Part shown: positions 41,691-50,781 of the stretch, in pieces
Layout of the letters: each line of letters starts with the position of its first letter
Numbering within the stretch: the first letter of the stretch is position 1
The notes under the pieces: generated by a model
What the model was told of the DNA's origin: nothing
The model's input: the letters and a program-made list of their open reading frames with translations, nothing else
Database searches by the model: none
Translations under genes and position numbers: made by a program
Assembly: GCA_964245595.1 (NCBI GenBank)
Contig: CAXTNU010000001.1
Span: forward strand, 1 to 52,648
Direction of reading: 5' to 3'
Length of the DNA: 52,648 nt
Source: an uncultured bacterium
Lineage (GTDB): Bacteria > Vulcanimicrobiota > Vulcanimicrobiia > Vulcanimicrobiales > Vulcanimicrobiaceae

Positions 41691-43332
41691 CGAGCGCGTG
41701 GTCACCGGAGAACTCGTGTCGGGAACGGCTTCGGCCGCTTTCGCCCCGGACGTCGCGCACGCATCCGCGCCGCCCGTCTCGAAGATGGCGATGCCATGGC
41801 CCTTCGGAACGGAGTCCGCGCCCTTCAAGGGCTACGTCCGTTCGCTGGACGAGCTGCGCACGCCGACCATCACGGACCACGGCCACGGCGTGCGGGTCTA
41901 CCCGTCCTCGACCGCCGGCCCTCCCTACATCGTCAACGCCTTCAAGCGCACGTGCTCCGGCAACCACTGCCAGAACATCGTCGGCCAGTGCGGTCACCTG
42001 TGGGAAGACGACTTCCGCTTCGGCCAGCACAAGGGAGCCGATTTCGTGCTGCCACCGCGGACGACGCGCATCCGCGAGAAGGGCACGTCGTGGTCGTCGG
42101 TCGACCGCTACCTGCCGCGGCCAAACCCGGTGGTCGACGGCAGAAGGTATGCGACCATCGCGAAACAGGCGCGGGTCGAAATGGCGAGCATGGGCCGGTC
42201 CGTCCTCGGGTGCCTGGCACACGTCCTTCGCGCCCAGGCGACGCAGAAGGCTCTCGCGGCCGGTGAAAAGGCACCGGTCGGGCGGCCCAACACGGATCTC
42301 TACGACCTCGCCCTCATGGCGGTGCTGCGGATGGCGAACGACTGGAGTTACGAGCGCACTCAGGACGAAATCAACCGGTTGGCCGAGGCGGGTGTCATCC
42401 AGAAACCGTTCAAGTATCCGCGCTTGAACGAGGCCATGATGGAGTTGCCTCTTTCCGGTGTGCTCCTTGATATGGCGGACTACCTGACCCGCTACTTCCG
42501 CGACGTGGGCACGGTGGGGGTGATGGACGGCATGATCCTGTCCACGAACAAGACGGACAACGCCAACAGCGGCTATTTCCGGGCGAACCCGCGGTCGGTG
42601 CTGACCGAGCTGCACGTGCTGTACGAGATCCGCTGGGGCTTCATCGCCGGCTTCTCGCTGACGTGGTGCGCGCGCGGCCGCGGGAGCGGCGAGGCCCCGC
42701 AGTTTCCGTTCGTCCTGCACGACGCGAAGACGGCGCTGCCCCACCTGCGGATGGTGCAGGCCGACTTGGCCTACGGGAGCGCCCGCAACTTCGCGCACGC
42801 GCTGGCCCGCGGCATCACGCTGCTGGTCCCGGTACGTCAGAACGCCTTCTCGAAGAAGCAGTCGTACCTCACGAACGACCAGGTGGAGCGTCTGCGGCGC
42901 ACTAATGGGCCGGACTCGCCGCTCATCCAGCAGGTGCACCGGTTCCGCAACGCCGTCGAGGGTTGGAACGAGACCCAGCGGGCGGTCATGTGCCGCAGCC
43001 TCAAGACGGTACCCGACCGCTCGCGGATGCCCGAGCGCAAGGTGGACCTCAAGCAGATGAAGGCCAAGCCCGACCTGGCGGAGATCGAATTGCCGGAGTC
43101 GGACGCCGAGCGGGCCTGGATCATCGCCACGGAGCAGTTCGTCGGGCGGTCGTGCGTCAACGAGATGCTGTGCCGGCGGGTGTGGACACTGGTGCGCGCC
43201 ATCGTCAAGGCCTCGGCCTACTACAACCAGCCGGTGGACATGGGGTTCGTGACCCCGTTCCAGCCGAGGCAGGAGGATGAGGCGTTCTCCATCTTCAGGC
43301 CAGCGTTCGAACCACTGCCGCAGACCGAGTAG
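41683..43332 (+). CDS. DDE transposase-like protein (IS4/IS5 superfamily) with N-terminal Cys/His cluster
   Basis: MDG (D1), QADLAY (D2), HRFRNAVE (YREK-like E), NEMLC; N-terminal C....C......C.H. Confidence 0.7.
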   Translation: MADERVVTGELVSGTASAAFAPDVAHASAPPVSKMAMPWPFGTESAPFKGYVRSLDELRTPTITDHGHGVRVYPSSTAGPPYIVNAFKRTCSGNHCQNIVGQCGHLWEDDFRFGQHKGADFVLPPRTTRIREKGTSWSSVDRYLPRPNPVVDGRRYATIAKQARVEMASMGRSVLGCLAHVLRAQATQKALAAGEKAPVGRPNTDLYDLALMAVLRMANDWSYERTQDEINRLAEAGVIQKPFKYPRLNEAMMELPLSGVLLDMADYLTRYFRDVGTVGVMDGMILSTNKTDNANSGYFRANPRSVLTELHVLYEIRWGFIAGFSLTWCARGRGSGEAPQFPFVLHDAKTALPHLRMVQADLAYGSARNFAHALARGITLLVPVRQNAFSKKQSYLTNDQVERLRRTNGPDSPLIQQVHRFRNAVEGWNETQRAVMCRSLKTVPDRSRMPERKVDLKQMKAKPDLAEIELPESDAERAWIIATEQFVGRSCVNEMLCRRVWTLVRAIVKASAYYNQPVDMGFVTPFQPRQEDEAFSIFRPAFEPLPQTE

Positions 43333-43457
43333 GCTACGCCAAAGAAACGGAGGCTGCGGCGACACGTCGTGGCCTTGTTATTGGCTGCGGTCGCCCATCG
43401 CGACGATGCTGGGGAGCAAATGTTTGTTACCCGTGGTATACTACTGATCGTGGTTTT

Positions 43458-45608
43458 ATGAGTCGGAACTCGCGTAATCCCAAGAGGTCATCTAGCATGT
43501 CGACTGAGCGAGAGTTCTCAGTTGGGCCAATTAATGTTCGTCTGCGTGGCAAACAGGTTGAAACGACGGTCACCGCCTCACCGTCGGAATTTGCACAAAT
43601 GCGAGCGCACTTTGCTGAACAAAAGCGGCGAGCACCGGATGATTTTTGTCGAGAGATGGAAGACGTAATGAAGGCCATCGAAGACGTTGATTCGCTGACT
43701 GTTCTAGGCGCAATATTTTTTCGCTACCACTTAGCTCCCGCACTATTTGGCAAGGAGATGAAAGAGTCGTTTGCGCTGGTGGAACATATGGCGCTCCTTC
43801 TTGCGAAGCGAGACGGGAACGGCGAGAAGTTCGTTCTCGACAGGAGCGCGAGCGCAGTGGTCTTTTCGTACTTACAAGATCACCTCAACGCTGCGGCTTT
43901 CTTTGCGTTCCCCGATATGCCGGACGATCTTTCGGACGAACCGGACCCGATACTGGATGCAGTCGTGAATGTCCGAACCTGGGAGATGGGAGTTCGGGTC
44001 CCGCGCTATGACCATCATCAAAAAGCATTGCTGCGGTCGCTATTCGTCCCCTTTGCAGGCACCTTGCGCGAGACGCTGGGTTTCACATGCGAAGACGCAA
44101 TGGCAGTCGAGGAGGCCTTCGTTCGGTCCATCAAAGAGACCGCGCGTGAAGGGATGGATCAAGCGCGAACCGTCCTTCGTGACGTTGGGCGCGGGCTGAA
44201 AGGTGCCGCAGTGGGTGGCGATGCCCACGGAATCGTCAAGATGATGCTTGGGTCGAATGTGCAAGATCCCATGCCGTTGGTGCGGTCGATGCTCGGGGCG
44301 TGGCTAGGCTTTCGAACAGGGCATTCGCTCGGGATGACGGTGGAAGATGTATCGAATCGTACGGCTCTTCCTGCTGTTACTGTGCAGCGCGTATTAGACA
44401 CGATCACGACAACGTCGGAGGACCTTCGTGACTATTTCCACATCGTACCAGTTAACCCCCTCAAGTCGAAACCGCTCGTCGAGATCGACGGCGTTTACGT
44501 CATGCCGAGTCCCGGGCTCTTTTTGCCAGCCCTTCAAGTGTTGTTTGAGGATGCGCTGAAGAAGACTGCGGCGTGGCACACATATGATAACCATCGCAAA
44601 GACTTTTCCGAAGAGCGCGCCGGTACATTGCTCGGTCGCGTCTTGCCAAACGCTTTAGTTCTCCGCAATGTAAAATACCCCGGTGGCGAACTCGATGTCA
44701 TGGTTGCATTTGAGCGTCGGCTCTTTCTCGTCGAAGTGAAAGGTGGTGGGTTTGCAAAGCGCGCTCGCGTAGGAGTCGACAAACTATTGAAGGCGAACCT
44801 TCACGATCTCGTCCTAAGAGCCCATGAGCAAGCGCGGCGAGCTGCAGAGTATATCAAAAGTTCCGATACAGTGACATTTCGGAACGACTCTGGGAATTTT
44901 ACAATCCGTAGCGCTGACTACAATCGTGTCCATCTCATTGCGGTCACGTTGGAGCAGATCGGTCACCTTGTGAATGGACTCGGCTCGCTGGTCACGCGTG
45001 GTGGCGAAGACGTCCCTTGGACGGTGGCTATGGATGACTTGGAGACCGTAACAGACGTTCTGACGCGCCCAGCGCAGTTTGTACACTATTTGGAGGGCCG
45101 TGAGGCGATTCTTCGTGTGCCGGCTATCTCCGGACAAGACGAGCTAGGCTTTCTGGAGTGGTATCTGCGAACATCGCTGCGTGAAGTTCCCCAGCAGTTC
45201 GGTGATGCCCAAGTTGTCATGATGGATGCGGCTAGCCCGACGATTGACGCGTTCGGGAACGCCAAGGCCCGCGGCGAAGACCCGCCGGTGCCACCTCAGG
45301 CGCTCCCTGAGCTGGTGCTACGTCTGGTCGACGGCCTTGCTGCGGCACGCTGTGACGGCTGGCTGGACGCTGGCATTGCGTTGCTTGAGATGCCCCACGC
45401 GCTTCAACGGTCGCTGGCGCGCCAGATGCTAAAGATTGACCGAGGAGGCGGCAAGACCGAGATGCACGTCGTCGCGTACGACGGTAACAGTGACGTGACG
45501 GTTCGAATTGTCGGATCTCAATCCCGCACCTCTGACGTGCCAGGATGGCTCATCGAAGTTGATCGGGCATGGAACGTCGTCGGCTTGCGAAAGCCTCGGG
45601 CTCGCTGA
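43458..45608 (+). CDS. Large NERD/PD-(D/E)XK nuclease-domain protein
   Basis: E...ELDVMV...LFLVEVKG...QARRA.EYI; TGgTATACT extended -10 just upstream. Confidence 0.7.
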   Translation: MSRNSRNPKRSSSMSTEREFSVGPINVRLRGKQVETTVTASPSEFAQMRAHFAEQKRRAPDDFCREMEDVMKAIEDVDSLTVLGAIFFRYHLAPALFGKEMKESFALVEHMALLLAKRDGNGEKFVLDRSASAVVFSYLQDHLNAAAFFAFPDMPDDLSDEPDPILDAVVNVRTWEMGVRVPRYDHHQKALLRSLFVPFAGTLRETLGFTCEDAMAVEEAFVRSIKETAREGMDQARTVLRDVGRGLKGAAVGGDAHGIVKMMLGSNVQDPMPLVRSMLGAWLGFRTGHSLGMTVEDVSNRTALPAVTVQRVLDTITTTSEDLRDYFHIVPVNPLKSKPLVEIDGVYVMPSPGLFLPALQVLFEDALKKTAAWHTYDNHRKDFSEERAGTLLGRVLPNALVLRNVKYPGGELDVMVAFERRLFLVEVKGGGFAKRARVGVDKLLKANLHDLVLRAHEQARRAAEYIKSSDTVTFRNDSGNFTIRSADYNRVHLIAVTLEQIGHLVNGLGSLVTRGGEDVPWTVAMDDLETVTDVLTRPAQFVHYLEGREAILRVPAISGQDELGFLEWYLRTSLREVPQQFGDAQVVMMDAASPTIDAFGNAKARGEDPPVPPQALPELVLRLVDGLAAARCDGWLDAGIALLEMPHALQRSLARQMLKIDRGGGKTEMHVVAYDGNSDVTVRIVGSQSRTSDVPGWLIEVDRAWNVVGLRKPRAR

Positions 45609-45649
45609 GCGGTTGCGTCGGTCAGCACGCGGGGGAGCGACCCTTTACC

Positions 45650-45682
45650 CTGAATATTCGGGAATCGACCCCGAAAATTCAG
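45650..45682. repeat. 13-bp inverted repeat (12/13 match) next to the right island boundary
   Basis: CTGAATATTCGGG / CCCGAAAATTCAG. Confidence 0.6.
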
Positions 45683-45700
45683 ATTAAACGAGCTAACGCA

Positions 45701-45759
45701 CAGCCGGGGCGCTCCGCCGCGGGCCGGCCCGATGGGGAAATTCGCTCGTCCTCGTGCAC
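45701..45759 (-). pseudogene. attR-like core plus displaced original 5' end of the dCMP deaminase gene
   Basis: GTG-start peptide MHEDERISPSGRPAAERPG aligns with MREDERISGVNRVSGVTRPG at 19643; frame stops a few codons past the core. Confidence 0.8.
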
Positions 45760-45881
45760 CGAGGGCTGATTATTCGCTAGGACGATCCCGGCCGCCCGTG
45801 TCCAGCCGTCTGGCTCGCGGGCCGAACCGGCGGCGAAGGTGGGAATTGTTTACGCTGCGTAAGGGACCGGCCACTTACTTC

Positions 45882-47417
45882 ATGTTGAAAACGGTGTCCG
45901 GCATGCTCCTTCGTGCCTTCAGCTCGGCGCGCATCGCTTGGTTGATACTCGCAGCCGCAGCGTCGGCAGGTTGCGGATCTTCGAGCGTCGTTCCCAGCTC
46001 AGCGAGTTCATCATCGGCCTCGACGAGTAACGCAGTCCGGCCATCTCTTGGAATGGCACATGTCGCTGGCTTCGGCACATCGTCGACAGCGTCACGCTCG
46101 CGCCGGCCGAGCGACATCGGGGGTCAGCTCCCGGCTCAAACCATCAACGTTCTATGGGACGTCGTCGCCGGCGGGCCGGATCACATCACGTCGCAGAGCG
46201 AATCGGAGCGTAACCAGTTCACCTCGCTGGGCCAGACGTGGTACGTCTTCACCAACCAGCTATCCGGGACCCAGCCGCTGTACCGTCTCATCGCGGGCAG
46301 CGACCATATGGATTCGATTTTGGCCGGTGAAGGAGGATATTCGACGGAAGAGACCCTCGGGAACGGCTTTACGTCGAGTGGCGCCCCCGGCGTGACGTTC
46401 ATGCAGCGGTCGTACAACTCCGGCAATCACGATCACGACACTCAAGTGCCCGGACAAGTTCTTGCGGGCTACTCGGCCGAGCCGTTGGGTATCTACGGAT
46501 ATCCTCGTTACGGAACCCAGAGCACGTCGCTCACGACGATCACGGCGAACAACGTGACCGCAACCGTGAATGCGGTCGCCGGGGGAGCGTTCTGGAGCTG
46601 GACCTGGAGCGGCAACCAATTTCTCAACACGGCGGACAACGGCCGAGAGATGCAGTCCGCCTTCTATTACGGTTATCATACCGACGGTAGTTGGACGCAG
46701 AACCCGACCGAGGCCGGTGACTGGGTTACAGGAAACGCTCAGGACCGCCATGGGTCTCCGGTGATCTCGACGTCCATCTCCGGCACTGTCATCAGCACGC
46801 GAGCGGTCCCGCTCGAATGGAACAGTCCCCCACCGGACCCGCAAGTCAATTCGGACCGAGCGACGATCTATAAGGACGTGATCATCGGTAAGAACGTCGA
46901 TCTCAATTTCTACAATATGCCGGGAATCGCATCCTACACGACCGTCCTGACGCTGCCGAATGCCGTGTCCGGGGCATCGTTAGAGATGCCCACCGCCTAT
47001 CTCAACGCCATGTACGATCACTTTTGGGCGTACGATGCGAAGATGCAGCATGAAACGGCCGCGACACCGACGCCTTGCGTAAAGAACGTCGAGGTGAACA
47101 GTGGTCAATACTTGCCGAGCGGGTATGGCGGCGTCATCATCGGAAAGGGCGACAGATCGGCGGCTCTGGGCGTGTACGCCAGACTCGATACCGTTGGCGG
47201 ACCGGCTTCCTACTTCACGCTGTGGCAGTTGGATAACGGCACGGGGAGCTGCAAGAACGGCGCGAACAAATGGTCCGTCGTGCGCGGCGACCCGACGCAG
47301 CCCTCCTCGAGCACGAATTTTCCGAGTGGAACGTCGTCGTACCAGACGTTCGTCCTGACTGGGACGGTCGACTCGATCGAATCGAACATGCGGCAATTGT
47401 ACAGCCAGGGCTATTGA
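45882..47417 (+). CDS. Putative lipoprotein / secreted protein
   Basis: Hydrophobic signal with ASAGC lipobox, Ser-rich linker, beta-rich domains. Confidence 0.7.
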   Translation: MLKTVSGMLLRAFSSARIAWLILAAAASAGCGSSSVVPSSASSSSASTSNAVRPSLGMAHVAGFGTSSTASRSRRPSDIGGQLPAQTINVLWDVVAGGPDHITSQSESERNQFTSLGQTWYVFTNQLSGTQPLYRLIAGSDHMDSILAGEGGYSTEETLGNGFTSSGAPGVTFMQRSYNSGNHDHDTQVPGQVLAGYSAEPLGIYGYPRYGTQSTSLTTITANNVTATVNAVAGGAFWSWTWSGNQFLNTADNGREMQSAFYYGYHTDGSWTQNPTEAGDWVTGNAQDRHGSPVISTSISGTVISTRAVPLEWNSPPPDPQVNSDRATIYKDVIIGKNVDLNFYNMPGIASYTTVLTLPNAVSGASLEMPTAYLNAMYDHFWAYDAKMQHETAATPTPCVKNVEVNSGQYLPSGYGGVIIGKGDRSAALGVYARLDTVGGPASYFTLWQLDNGTGSCKNGANKWSVVRGDPTQPSSSTNFPSGTSSYQTFVLTGTVDSIESNMRQLYSQGY

Positions 47418-47510
47418 TGCCGGCACGCGGGCAAGCCGGCAGGCGAAGCTTGCGCCGCTCGAGGCCGTGTGACGACGGTCGAATTGGACGAATACGTCTA
47501 AACTAACCGG

Positions 47511-48650
47511 CTACGGCCGCGTCAGGTCCCACATGAAGCCCAGGAAGCTCGCCTTCGGCCAGAACGCGTCGGTATTGAGCCGGCCGGCGAACGACGGTTG
47601 CCGCACGGCGCGCCAGGCGTAGGGCTCGATCGCGAGGCCGAACGTTGCGCGCACGGCGCGCGCGGTGCGCTCGTTGCGGTCGAACACGCGCAGTTCGCGC
47701 TCGTACCGTTTGCGCGCGCGCGAGAGATCGGGCGTTTCGGCCAGCACGCGCGCGGCGAGGTGAGCGCTGTGCATCGCTTCGTAGATGCCCTCGGCGGTGA
47801 ACGGGTCCGCCACGCCGGCCGCGTCGCCGACGAGGAACACGCGCCCCGCCGCGCGCCGCTTGCGGCCGGTCGGAATCAGGCCGCCGCGCAGGTCGTCGAG
47901 CGGCGGGTTCTCGCCGAGCAGCTCGCGCGCGAAGCGGCTCTCGGCCAGCCAGCGGTTCAGCAGCGCGCGCAGGTCGCCGCCGCGGCGGGCGAGCAGCTTC
48001 TCGTCGACCGCGATGCCGACGTTGGCGCGCCGCTCGCCGATCGGGAAGACCCAGCCGTATCCGGGGCTGACCAGCCGGTCGTAGAAGAGGCCGTACTCCT
48101 GCGCGAGCGCGCGCGGTGCGTCGGTGTAGCCGCGCAGCGCGACGAGCCGCGAGCGGTACGGTGGAAAGCCGAGCTTCGCGGCGAGGCTGCCGGTCGCGCC
48201 CTCGGCGAGGATCGCGACGTCGGCGCGCACGCCGTACTCGCGGTCGCCCGACGCTAGGGTCGCCTCGATCGCGTCGGCGTGATTCGCCAGCGCACGGACC
48301 GCGGTGGCCGGCACGAACTGCGCTCCCGCCGCGACCGCCGCGGCGACCAAGAGCGCATCGAATTCATGGCGCTCGATGGTCGTGCCCCACGGTGTCGCGG
48401 CCGGCCAGCCGCCGCGAAAGGCAGTCTCCCGCGGCGTCGTCACCCGCGCCTGTTCGAGCCGCACCGCGCCTTCGATCGCGATGCCCGCCGCCCGCCCGAG
48501 CTGCACGCCCAGCGGCGAGATGCCGTCGCCGCAGGTCTTCGGCCGCGGCCACGGGCTGCGCTCGACGAGCCGCACCTCGGCCCCCGCCCGGGCCAGCTCG
48601 AGCGCGGCGATCGCACCGCCCGGCCCCGCGCCGACCACGATGGCCCGCAT
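47511..48650 (-). CDS. Geranylgeranyl-reductase-family FAD oxidoreductase
   Basis: VVGAGPGG, PRPKTCGDG, GYGWVFP, LVGDAAG..DP.TAEGI. Confidence 0.9.
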   Translation of the reverse strand: MRAIVVGAGPGGAIAALELARAGAEVRLVERSPWPRPKTCGDGISPLGVQLGRAAGIAIEGAVRLEQARVTTPRETAFRGGWPAATPWGTTIERHEFDALLVAAAVAAGAQFVPATAVRALANHADAIEATLASGDREYGVRADVAILAEGATGSLAAKLGFPPYRSRLVALRGYTDAPRALAQEYGLFYDRLVSPGYGWVFPIGERRANVGIAVDEKLLARRGGDLRALLNRWLAESRFARELLGENPPLDDLRGGLIPTGRKRRAAGRVFLVGDAAGVADPFTAEGIYEAMHSAHLAARVLAETPDLSRARKRYERELRVFDRNERTARAVRATFGLAIEPYAWRAVRQPSFAGRLNTDAFWPKASFLGFMWDLTRP

Positions 48651-48728
48651 CGGATTACGCCCCACGACCTGCTCCTCTCCGCTACGAATCGGAATCCCGT
48701 TGCTTTGACGTGCTCCGGCTGGGCCGAG

Positions 48729-49328
48729 TTACCTGGTCAGGACGCGGGGCGTCCAGCCGGGATCGGACAGGGCGGTCAAGACGTGGTCGCGCCAGGCGCC
48801 GTCGATGAAGAGGTAGTCGCGCGCGTAGCCTTCGACCGTGAACCCGAGCCGGCGCAGCAGCTTGCCGCTGCGCTCGTTGCCGGGCTGGTAGTTCGCCATC
48901 ACGCGGTGCAGGCGCAGCTGCGCGAACGCGAACCGCACCACCGCGCCGACCGCCTCGAAGGCGATGCCGCGCCCCTCGTGGGCGGCGTCGACCGAGTACC
49001 CGAGGTGACACGCTTGGAACACGCTGCGCACGACGTTGCTCAGGTTGACGCTCGCCACGATTTCGCTCGTGCCCCCGTCCCGGATGCGGGCGAGAAAGGC
49101 ATAGCCGCGATCCGCTTGCGCCTCCTCTCGCCGTTGCGCGAGCGCGCCGCGCCGCCATTCGAGGTCGTACGCCAGCGCGGGATCGCGCTGCGGCTCCCAG
49201 CGCGCGAGGTGCGCGGCGTTGCGGCGCTCGTACGCGATCAGGTCCGCCGCATCGTCCGGGTCCACCGAGTGAATCGTCAGGCGCTCCGTCTCGAACCGAT
49301 GGCGCTTTCCGCTCACGTCGTATTCCAT
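48729..49328 (-). CDS. RimJ-like GNAT N-acetyltransferase
   Basis: ETERL, WEP, LGYSVD...GRG, LHRVMANY.P.N.RS, GF..EG.ARDYL.I.G.W.DH. Confidence 0.9.
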   Translation of the reverse strand: MEYDVSGKRHRFETERLTIHSVDPDDAADLIAYERRNAAHLARWEPQRDPALAYDLEWRRGALAQRREEAQADRGYAFLARIRDGGTSEIVASVNLSNVVRSVFQACHLGYSVDAAHEGRGIAFEAVGAVVRFAFAQLRLHRVMANYQPGNERSGKLLRRLGFTVEGYARDYLFIDGAWRDHVLTALSDPGWTPRVLTR

Positions 49329-49354
49329 CGCCGGTGATGATCCCGTTCAGCCGT

Positions 49355-50020
49355 CTACGGCGCGGACTTCGTGCGCGCGTGGACCGGGACCGACGAGGTG
49401 GAGCCGAACATCCGGTCTCCCGCGTCGCCCAGGCCGGGGACGATGTAGCCGTGGTCGTTGAGCCGCTCGTCGAGGTGCGCGGTCACGATCCGCACCGCGG
49501 GGTGCTCGCGGGCGAGCGTAGCGACGCCTTCGGGGGCGGCGATGATGCAGACGAACACCGGCGACTTCGCGCCGCGCTCCGCGAGCATCGTCAGCGCCGC
49601 CGAGCCGGAGTGGCCGGTGGCGAGCATCGGGTCGAGCACGAACACCTCGCGCTCGCCCAAGTCGTCGGGGAGGTTGGCGTAGTACGGCACCGCGGAAAGC
49701 GTCTTGGGGTCGCGATAGAAGCCCAGGTGCGCGACCACCGCGTCGTCGACGACCGCCAGGAAGCCCGGCAGCAGGCCCAGCCCGGCGCGCAGGATCGGTG
49801 CGACCACCGGCCGGGTCGCGATCCGCTTGACCTTGGCCAGCGCGACCGGGGTCTGCACCTCGATCTCGGTCTGGGGCAGCCCGCGGGTCGCCTCGTAGGC
49901 CAGCAGCTGGCCGATCTCCTCGACCAGCCGGCGGAAGACCGGCGTCGCGGTGGAGGCGTCACGGAGCCGGGCCAGGCGGTCCTGGACGGCAGGGTGGTCG
50001 ACGATCAGCGGCTTGGGCAC
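49355..50020 (-). CDS. upp: Uracil phosphoribosyltransferase
   Basis: PILRAG, DPMLATG, GYIVPGLGDAGDR. Confidence 0.97.
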   Translation of the reverse strand: MPKPLIVDHPAVQDRLARLRDASTATPVFRRLVEEIGQLLAYEATRGLPQTEIEVQTPVALAKVKRIATRPVVAPILRAGLGLLPGFLAVVDDAVVAHLGFYRDPKTLSAVPYYANLPDDLGEREVFVLDPMLATGHSGSAALTMLAERGAKSPVFVCIIAAPEGVATLAREHPAVRIVTAHLDERLNDHGYIVPGLGDAGDRMFGSTSSVPVHARTKSAP

Positions 50021-50070
50021 GACTGGTGATGATCGCGGCGGGCCGCCGCTTGCCCTGCCGAAGGCCGGCC

Positions 50071-50325
50071 TTATGCCGAGTATGCGTTCAATTCGTCCGG
50101 CGTCAACGTTACGATCGTGCTGATATCGAGGACGCGATGGGCGAAGCGTTCGCGAATAAGGTCCCACACGAGATCTTGCCTGCCGACAAAATCATGATCG
50201 GCGAATTCGGGCCATGTGAGGACGCCGCTGATCTTCCCTCGGGTCGGACGGGGACCAAAATCAATCCGAACACCAGGGAAGTGCTCCTCCAGTGCGATTT
50301 CTAGCTGGTCTCGGAGCTCGTCCAC
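50071..50325 (-). CDS. Small BolA-like protein
   Basis: GKISGVLTWPEF...RQDLVW...I..LTPDE resembles BolA/IbaG; GGGAG RBS. Confidence 0.5.
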   Translation of the reverse strand: MDELRDQLEIALEEHFPGVRIDFGPRPTRGKISGVLTWPEFADHDFVGRQDLVWDLIRERFAHRVLDISTIVTLTPDELNAYSA

Positions 50326-50768
50326 TTCACAACTCCCAATTGAACGATGACACTGCACTGGTCGAGCAAGCGCCGCGTGTTCGCCTCGACACGATCTCGG
50401 TCTTCGATCTTGCCAAAACGGTAAGCGCTGTATCGCTTATTGATCTCGCGAATATAAGCGTCGTACAAGCTGGAGGGGTAGTATCGAAGGTCGTTTTGCC
50501 AACGGGCGCGGACTTCCGAAAGCGCGGCGCCGGCCTTACGGGCTGCCTGGTTTCCGAGACGATCGTCGAAGCCACCTCGCGCCAGTTGGCCGACGTCGTG
50601 GCGTGCATCGAATGGTTCGCCCGGCCGCCAAAATGCTCGCAGCATACACTCCACGGCAACGCCGGCGACATACGCCGCGGCGACGAAGTCCTTCGCTTTG
50701 AAAAGCGCCGTTGCCGTTGCAAGCCTTTCCTGAGCAGCATCATAGTAATGCTCGGGCCTCGTCAACAC
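50301..50768 (-). CDS. HEPN-domain protein
   Basis: A..L......AAY.AG.AVEC.L, HD...L, W...LRY. Confidence 0.7.
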   Translation of the reverse strand: MLTRPEHYYDAAQERLATATALFKAKDFVAAAYVAGVAVECMLRAFWRPGEPFDARHDVGQLARGGFDDRLGNQAARKAGAALSEVRARWQNDLRYYPSSLYDAYIREINKRYSAYRFGKIEDRDRVEANTRRLLDQCSVIVQLGVVKWTSSETS

Positions 50769-50781
50769 TCGTTCGACATAC

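Larger units (their letters stand above)
19582..45712. mobile_element. Genomic island integrated in the 5' end of the dCMP deaminase gene
   Basis: Flanking 12-bp direct repeat CAGCCGGGGCGC; duplicated, diverged gene 5' end; interrupts core gene order; defence and mobile cargo with atypical codon usage. Confidence 0.85.

Noticed and set aside
45690-45712. Integron attC site (TAAC...GTTA)
   Set aside because: Does not fit RYYYAAC/GTTRRRY, spacing is too short, and there is no intI or cassette array.
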